A stretch of DNA of 56,948 nucleotides, the filler included, from Sphacelaria rigidula (lineage: Eukaryota): NCBI GenBank assembly GCA_964200075.2. It is 8 parts of 8 records of this genome, joined end to end, with 100 filler letters (N's around TTAATTAATTAA, not from the genome) between each part and the next. Parts side by side here need not be neighbours in the genome. Positions count along the whole stretch, not along the records: positions 49,918 to 56,948 come from CAXNAA020016862.1; 7 more parts are not named here. The stretch is one strand, 5' to 3'. A program made the translations under genes and the position numbers. The notes under the pieces were generated by a model that worked only from the letters and a program-made list of their open reading frames with translations, made no database searches and was not told the origin of the DNA. Each line of letters opens with the position of its first letter. Positions within the stretch are counted from its first letter, which is position 1. Positions 50,095 to 56,948 of the stretch are shown here, piece after piece.

Positions 50095-53000
50095 GAATAG
50101 TACCTCGTGTCCAGTACAACTCACCCAGGCACCCCACCTGGACGAAAGTGGCCAGAAAAACTTCGAGAGAGTCCAGAGCGCCACCACGACCATGATATAA
50201 ATCGCGACCTGCGCTGACTGTTGGGGTACGTGAATAACATCACACCCGTGACGAGAATCCGCCTAAGACATTCGATCAGTTCATGGTACCAGCAACTGGA
50301 TCAGTGCAGCTCCCAACGTCGACTTCACGCGCGGGTCATTTCTGCGACTTTTCTCGTCCATCAGCACACCGCGAACCCGAAATAGGAAAAATGTAACGTG
50401 TAGAACGTGGGAATCCCTACAAGAAAAGGGCATTCATGGCCCCCGGGTATATCTACAGTGCCACGTGCCTGGAAGAGCTATCCCGAGTAAAGCCACGGTA
50501 GGGGTACACGTTTGGGCCCAGATCATTCTCGTTGAGGGGCTCCTCAAGGTAGGTGCTGCACAAGAATATTGCTGAGGTCATCCCTGTTATACTTTTTATT
50601 CGAGACATCCCTAACCTATTGAATCACTGATCGTGGCGCGCTCTCACATATTTTGTAAGTCGTTTTTTTATGAGATAGAGGACTCCTAAAAATTTATCCA
50701 GATGGATATTTTTTTGCAACCCTACCGTGGCATGAATCCCCTCGATTCGGCAATCGTACCGAAAGTGATGATTTCCGTCATCAAGCTCTTCCCAGGAATG
50801 ATGCTACGGTAGGGGTGCACAAATATATCCTGAGGTAAGAATTGTTAGGAGCCCTTTATCTCATCCAAAACACGACTTATTATGAATTTTGTGAGAGTAA
50901 GCCAGGATTACCATCCCAGTGTGCTAGGAATATCCCGAATGAATTTGCAAACGGAGATTGCCTGATCCATATTCTCGTGCGTCTAGAATCGTTAGGAGCC
51001 CCTGAACCAGACAAGATTTTGCGCAAAAAGTGCACCCCTACCGTAGCGTTGCTCTCAAGCAAACACCTGAAGCAGTATTGAGGGCATCGTCGAGTAGACG
51101 AGGAACGTCAAGAAGAGCACCGCTGATAGATGTCTTTGCCAGATGTTCCCGAGTGCGGACGGAATCCCTTACACTGATGATCCCCTTCGCCGCGACTGCG
51201 TAAGGGATTCTGAGGGTGGCTAGGCAGACAACAGGTCCTATCGTGACGATAACGAGGCGTCCATACGAGTCCACGTCGGAAACGCACCTTGCATTTATGA
51301 TCCAATCACGGGCGGATTTGAGGCCGCCAATGTTATCGAGTAGGTGGTTTCAGACAATAGGGTAGGTGACGCTCGCCGCAGAAGTAGACTGCACAGGAAT
51401 CGTCACACGGCACACATAGATTACGTCCGGTACCTTGAGGTGCCGCGGGGTTCCCGCAACACATAACACTCCCAGCGGAGATGTGCGCGCACAGATGAAG
51501 AAAAACGGTATGTCTTCATCGCCTCGGGCAGTGATAATGTTACTACGTAGTTCTCATACGGTCGGAGCAGCTCTCTGCATCGCTGTCGCACCCTACAAGA
51601 ATGGCAATGGGTAGATACTGTGATTCCGAGTGAAGGTGATATATGGTGCCTATCGCATGTTTATCCGTGTCATCTCTGCCATGCAACGACTGCTATCGCT
51701 ATGGATTGCGCAGGTATGCACCGCTTCACGAGGGCCACAATCCGTCTACCGACGCTATGTAGGTCCGGATTACAGCATACGCCAGCAACGTGGCCGAAGC
51801 AACAGCAGCGGCGAACACGACCCCACTAACGCTGTCGGAGTACTTGGGACCGAGTGAACCCTCAGCTGGCCGTATACACGTCGCAACCTACTGAGCGATA
51901 TGGGCACAAGGAAGAGAGGAGAAGAGGGCTGGGGGGGGGGGGTTGGTGATTCTTCTGATCGATCGCAAGAGAACTGCGTGTTGTGACGGAGAAAACGACC
52001 CCCATCTGGGAGAAGTGCGCGAAACAGGGAATGTCGTCGCTAGCTTTGTTCGCATGCCTTGCCGTGCTCTTTCCGTCCCTCCCACCTCTCAACTGGTAGG
52101 ACTTGCGGGTGGATGATGAACAATAGATCAGGGAAAGTTGCCCCCCTTTGAGTGCCGAAAACACTACGGACGTTGTGATATTTGTTTTTACAAATAACAT
52201 ATAACGGGGCTCATGCGTGCTGGCATCGTGCTAGCTGTTGTCGATGACAAGATCAGACCTGGTGGTCCAACCAATGGCCGCCCACATAACCCCTCGTAGC
52301 CGCCCTCGTAGGAACCGGCTGCTCCCGTTGGTTCCCCTTCGCGAGCGTCGGGAGGGTAGCGCTCCAACACTGTGCGATCGGTATTCGTAGGTCGCCAGCA
52401 GCTTTTTGAGTTTGAGTGTCTCCACGGTAACGCTACCCCCGATTCTTTCTGTCGTCGGAGTATATAGCAATCGTCTGCCCCAAATTACCCCGCATAGACA
52501 GACGTGCTTCCCGGATTAGTCTATCGTTCAGCAGTAACACTGTCTACGCCTCGCTCTGCGTGTCCCGTCGGTTTCTCTCGACGTCGTTCGCGAAGGGAGT
52601 CTACCTGTCACGGAATGAAGCACACATTTCCGTCACGGCGCGCAGCATACGGCACTTCACCATAAACTCAATAGTCGACAATCCCCCAAGTGTGTATCTT
52701 GCATTCTTACGTGGGAACCACCTCGTTGAAGTCAAAAAGGTATCCTTTCTCGCGGGTGCACTCGTCGTTAAGGAACATGACGTCGGCGATGGTTGTCAGG
52801 AAGCCGGTACTGGACTCCGCTGGCCCCCCTCCTCGTCTGAAAGGTTATTTTCGAAGGGAAATTCGTTTGACAGGGTTGTGCCGGCAAGTCTCAAAGCCGC
52901 CCCAACCCCGGCCTCATCCGCGTCAGACGCAGTATTGGCGAGGGTATGCGAAAATGACGCGGTAGTTGTGCATATTGCAGTGAAGACAGAAATTATAACA

Positions 53001-54200
53001 ATACCTGCAAACACATGAACTGTGTCACCAAAAGACAAGACTCCCCCCTCCCGAATAACGCTGGATGTGTTACTGACGATAGCGGCATCGGCCTCATACG
53101 AAGAAATTTAATCTGAGGAAGACGCCTCCGCCGCCCACGGCGCTCTAGACTCATCTCTGACCATGACGGCGCCTGCAAAGTCCACTGTAGCGCGAAAGGA
53201 AGATGTATTCGTTTCCCGAAACAAACTAGACCCGCGTACATCGTATACGGCTTCAGCTTCAGCTGTAGTCGCGCTACCCCACAACAAAGCCTCTGCTGCC
53301 CACGATCCATAGTAAGCGACTGCGGCGCCCCCGACTACCACGGCAGCGTTATGTAAGACGAAGGCATCCCCTATCCGGATGAAGCTGTTGGCGTTATTGA
53401 GGTTGGTGGTACCTCCAACGGCTCCACTGTTCTCGAAGAATGGCGCGTTCGTCTCCTACATAGCGTTCGTGCCTCCTAACACGTACACGGTAACTCCCCC
53501 TAAATCACCAGCAGAAGTGTCGGTGAAAGAATCCTTTCTCCAGGAAACGGTGACACCGTCGCGCGCATACGCGACCACTCCGCCATCACGAGCGGTGGTA
53601 TTACCAGCGAACGATGCCCCTACTTCCCACGTAGCATGCACGGCCCCTCCACCATCACGAGTGGAGGCGTTACCGGCAAACGATGCCCCCGCTTCCCACC
53701 AAGCGCTGAAGCCAATCTCGACGACGTGAACACCCCTCGCGACCGTCGCAGCAGTTTTACCGACGACAGATGTCTAAGCTTTCCAAGAGAAGCTGGAGTC
53801 GGGGGCAACGAACAACGCACTGGTCCTGCAGGCTGCGTCGTGGAGGTACCCATTGCCACCAAACGTCGCGTTTGCCGCGCTAAGTCGAGTAAGATTTCGT
53901 TCATGCGAACACCACGCCGCCGTTCACGGAGGCAGTGTTGCCTACCACGCGACTATCTCCATTCGAGGAGCCGTCGAGGTCAGGACGTACAGGGTCACGC
54001 GTAGCGTAGCAACGTTTTAAATGAACAAGGTGCGATTGAAGACCAACTCAGCATACACCACCGTGACCGCGCCACCTCCTATGGCACTGCCCCGGCTTAT
54101 ATTCATGTTGTTCGCATGTAGGCTGGCATTGAGGGCTGAAGACAACTGGATTTTACCCCCCCAAAAATACATAATTGGCATTAAATCGCTCACAACCAGA
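50095..54200 (-). pseudogene. Decayed gene for a POMP-repeat (FxxN / GGA) extracellular protein with a Cys-rich juxtamembrane region and multi-pass membrane C-terminus (stramenopile type)
   Basis: Repeats GASFAGNASTRDGGGAV, GASFAGNTTARDGGVV, FFENSGAVGG and FENNLSDEEGG. Then VTVETLKLK/YWRPTNTDRTVLERY...GYEG. Then VTYPIV...RLVIVTIGP...QVFA/EELDDGNHHFRYDCRIE/DSSSRH...VGIPTFY...WYHELIECLRRILVTGVMLFTYPNS..AQVAI. Many stops, frameshifts and MITE insertions. Confidence 0.75.
50793..51056. mobile_element. MITE with GCTACGGTAGGGGTGCAC-containing TIRs. Related copies at 50487-50735, 49918-50075 (partial) and 21241-21293 (partial)
   Basis: GCTACGGTAGGGGTGCAC (50803-50820) and its exact reverse complement GTGCACCCCTACCGTAGC (51030-51047). 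Removing the element rejoins QVFA to EELDDG in the pseudogene. Confidence 0.8.
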
Positions 54201-54834
54201 CCGTGATATACTACACAATATGTTGAAACTGGGCTGAGCAGAATGGAAACCTCGTCTTGCTTCACCCGTCGCTGCTTCCACAGCTGTGTGATGGCGCTTG
54301 CTATAGTACATAGCCCACACAGAGCCCAAGCTGGATACTGCGGTGGGCTGCTCCCTCGTGAATTCTTGAGGTTGTTAGGGGGAGCTGCAACAACCGATGT
54401 TGCAAGGGTAGACGAAAATTCAAATCTCGCACAACTGTAACCCCCCCCCACCCCCCCCCCTCCTCTAGCCCCTGGAGGACCGGGTTTTTTTCAGTTCACG
54501 TTTCCTTCCTTTCGCCTGTATAATGCACCCCACCCCTCAAACACGTGCGAAATACTCACAACTCGTACTTGTCGGAAACACCTCTGTGCTGCTGTCGGTT
54601 GGTTGGCTCGGCGTCATCTGACGGTGGTTGTGGTTGGAGACGATCCCCGACCAGGACCACCCCCTGAGGAAACCTTGGACAAAAGTTACTAAAAAAGTAG
54701 GCTTAACTCACGTCTAAGCTTGTGCAAATCGGTAGTGACGGAAGGAACTCATGGTGAGCCCCCTCGTCGCCATTTCCAGTTTAACTGCAGTTCCAGTTTA
54801 ATCGACAGTATAAACTGGTGCAGTTCATAGCCCT

Positions 54835-55100
54835 GACATATCTTCTCCTATTTTCTTCCTATTTTCTTGCCTCATTTTCTTGTAGTATTTTATTTCATTT
54901 ACTTCAGTTTTTTCTTCACTTTTTCTTCTTTTCTTACATTTATTTTATTTCATGTTCTTACGCCTTGATATATTTTTATTGTATACTTCATTTCATTTCA
55001 TTTCATTTCATTTCATTTCATTTCATTTCAATTATCATTTATATTTTAATCTTGATAATAATTCAATTGATCCAATTTAATGTACTTCATTCATATTTCT
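54835..55100. repeat. T-rich low-complexity tract including a (TTTCA)n microsatellite
   Basis: Direct read; perfect TTTCA array at about 54986-55030. Confidence 0.9.
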
Positions 55101-55525
55101 GCATCCACGTACCAGGGGTGTGTGTGGATCGTATGCTACCCCCCGACACATGAAGCGGGGGCACCCCATCTCCGACGCCGCCTCATTTTGTACAGGATTT
55201 AGTATGTGATCAGTTTTATAAGAGTTTGTATGACGTTTGGGGGGGGGGGGGATGGTGGTCTAGTACCCTAATTACCCCACCCCCTTGAGAAGTAGAAAAA
55301 ATAGGGGTAGACAGGGGGTGTGCGTTTTTTCGTGCACCCCTCGATGTCGGCTTGTGCTTTCTCACAGCATGGGGACGACAGGCGGGATAGAACCGCAATC
55401 AGCAAGTAGAAGGATTCTCACCATCAGCACGTTTTACACACCTTGCTCATTTTTATTGCAACGTAGCCAGTTATCGCCACCACGTATTCTGAACTGTCAT
55501 CTGTAGTTCGCCACTGTAGTGACGT

Positions 55526-55924
55526 TAGAGCTTGGGAATGGTTTGTCTAACCATTAACCACTTGAATGGTTACGCGGAGCTCACTCATTAACCAGTTAAA
55601 TGGTACATAATGGTTTGGTCATCGAGCGGCGTAACCGCGAGCCAAAAATCCCCCCCGGTAGAGGGGGCCCCGCCGGAGGCGCCCCTGGAGGGCCTCGCTG
55701 GAGGCGCCGTGCCGGAGGCACATATTTACTCGATTTGGCTTCACTAGAAGAGCTAAAAAATACGTCGAATTTGGGCCAGTTTTCAAGGACTGTATGTAGC
55801 ATACGTAGCCGGTAACAGTAAATAATGGTTTGGAACCATTATCCAGAATTTTCATTTAACCATTACCATCATTACCATTATAATGATAATGATCAGTTAT
55901 AACTGGTACCATTTCCGAGCTCTG
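55526..55924. mobile_element. 399-bp hAT-type MITE with perfect 8-bp TSD
   Basis: TSD AGTGACGT at 55518-55525 and 55925-55932. TIRs TAGAGCTTGGGAATGGT and ACCATTTCCGAGCTCTG. AATGGT/ACCATT subterminal repeats around a GC-rich core. Confidence 0.92.
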
Positions 55925-56784
55925 AGTGACGTTGGTCCCACCACAGGGGTGGTGATAGTACCAAGGTCGGTCGTGTTTTCTAGGGCACGGTTTTCTGTGT
56001 ACATGGGGTCTTTTCACGAGTATTTACCGTACCTTACAGTTCTGTGACTAGCCCCTGCCCCGACGGTCCATGCCCCCCCCCCCCCCCCCCCCCCCAACGG
56101 AGTTTGTTTGCCGTCGCGGCTCCAGACAGAAATATGGCGTTCCACTTTGTGATGAGCCTGCGGGCGGGCGTCTGACTGCAACCTACCATGAAGCTGTCGC
56201 TCGGCTTATCAAACGACCTAGACATCGTAAGCTCAAACGTTCGAAAGATTGCCGCACTGTACATCGCCCCTTCATAGTTCTATACGCTGACACTTTTGCC
56301 GATAAACCCTAGATCAGCCCAAAAGTGTCACGAAAAATATGATCATGCAGTGCCTGATGTTTGCGTTCAGGCTGCATGAAGCGCCTCATATTGGTGACAT
56401 TGGCGAGAACGAACCCATGTGTGGGAACTCCAAGCTGCTCGTTGTGCTCGGCTTTTTCCACTTCAATTTACGTGAAAAATTTGCCCCCCCCCCAAACCAG
56501 GCCCTTTTTTGGGGGCTATCGTAGAAAGAGTTCGCTGTACTATCTCATCAAAACAATACTAAAAAAAGTGTTTGTGCGCAAGTGCTCCTTTATTTGTAGT
56601 GCAGGTTGATTCAGGTGATTGTTCGGCGTGCCTCAAACAACGCAGCGTCTTCAGCAGCAGAAAAAGATGCATGACAGAGAGAGCCGATCTAAGCTCTTCA
56701 AACGCACACTTCGCCTATTATTAAAGGATATTGCTGTCACCTCCTAGCTCGAAGATTTTGGGAATGCCTAGGGTTGGGGCTGTA

Positions 56785-56948
56785 ACGGTTTACTCAAGGG
56801 TACGGTGAGAGCGACGACAACAGCAGAGGTCCTGATGGCCGTCGATAGAGCGCTGGCAAGGGGAGTCGCCCTCCTCGGAGTGGAAGTGACGGGGATCGAA
56901 CCCCCACGACTAACTTTTGTGACGGTTTAAGAGACAACCAACTAGACT
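56785..56948 (-). mobile_element. Probable head of a second tRNA-derived SINE family, cut by the contig end
   Basis: Reverse complement reads agtctagttgg (A-box remainder) ... ggttcgatcc (B-box) ... ggagggcgact, similar to ggagagcgact in the first SINE family. The 3' extent is uncertain. Confidence 0.55.

Noticed and set aside
52750..54200. Bacterial autotransporter / Chlamydia Pmp contamination or recent horizontal transfer
   Set aside because: The C-terminus looks like alpha-helical membrane segments of the eukaryotic family rather than a beta-barrel, and it is interrupted by host MITEs that also occur in another contig.

Overview
This window is not one locus. It is eight contigs of exactly 7,031 bp each (1-7031, 7132-14162, 14263-21293, 21394-28424, 28525-35555, 35656-42686, 42787-49817, 49918-56948), joined by 100-bp artificial linkers (44 N + TTAATTAATTAA + 44 N), so adjacency across a linker means nothing biologically. 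The DNA is eukaryotic, intron-rich and repeat-rich; a brown alga (Phaeophyceae-like stramenopile) is my inference from the long GT-AG introns and the gene and repeat families. Host genes: three exons of D-3-phosphoglycerate dehydrogenase (minus strand, contig 4), the last five exons of a mitochondrial-type citrate synthase (plus strand, contig 5), one ~1.4-kb Gly/Asp/Ser-rich exon of unknown function (contig 6), and a decayed POMP-repeat multi-pass membrane protein gene (contig 8). Most other identifiable sequence is mobile DNA: Ty1/copia gag-protease and RT relics, two LINE relics, a tRNA-derived SINE family, a probable MULE relic, and several MITE/foldback families. I found no CRISPR array, prokaryotic defence system or intact novel enzyme. 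The most unusual structures are a ~2.1-kb foldback in a PHGDH intron, an inverted pair of piggyBac-type MITEs that looks like a composite transposon, a nested hAT-type MITE with an empty-site paralog nearby, MITE families sharing a GNA-minihairpin core, and a palindromic higher-order minisatellite. All alignments were done by eye.
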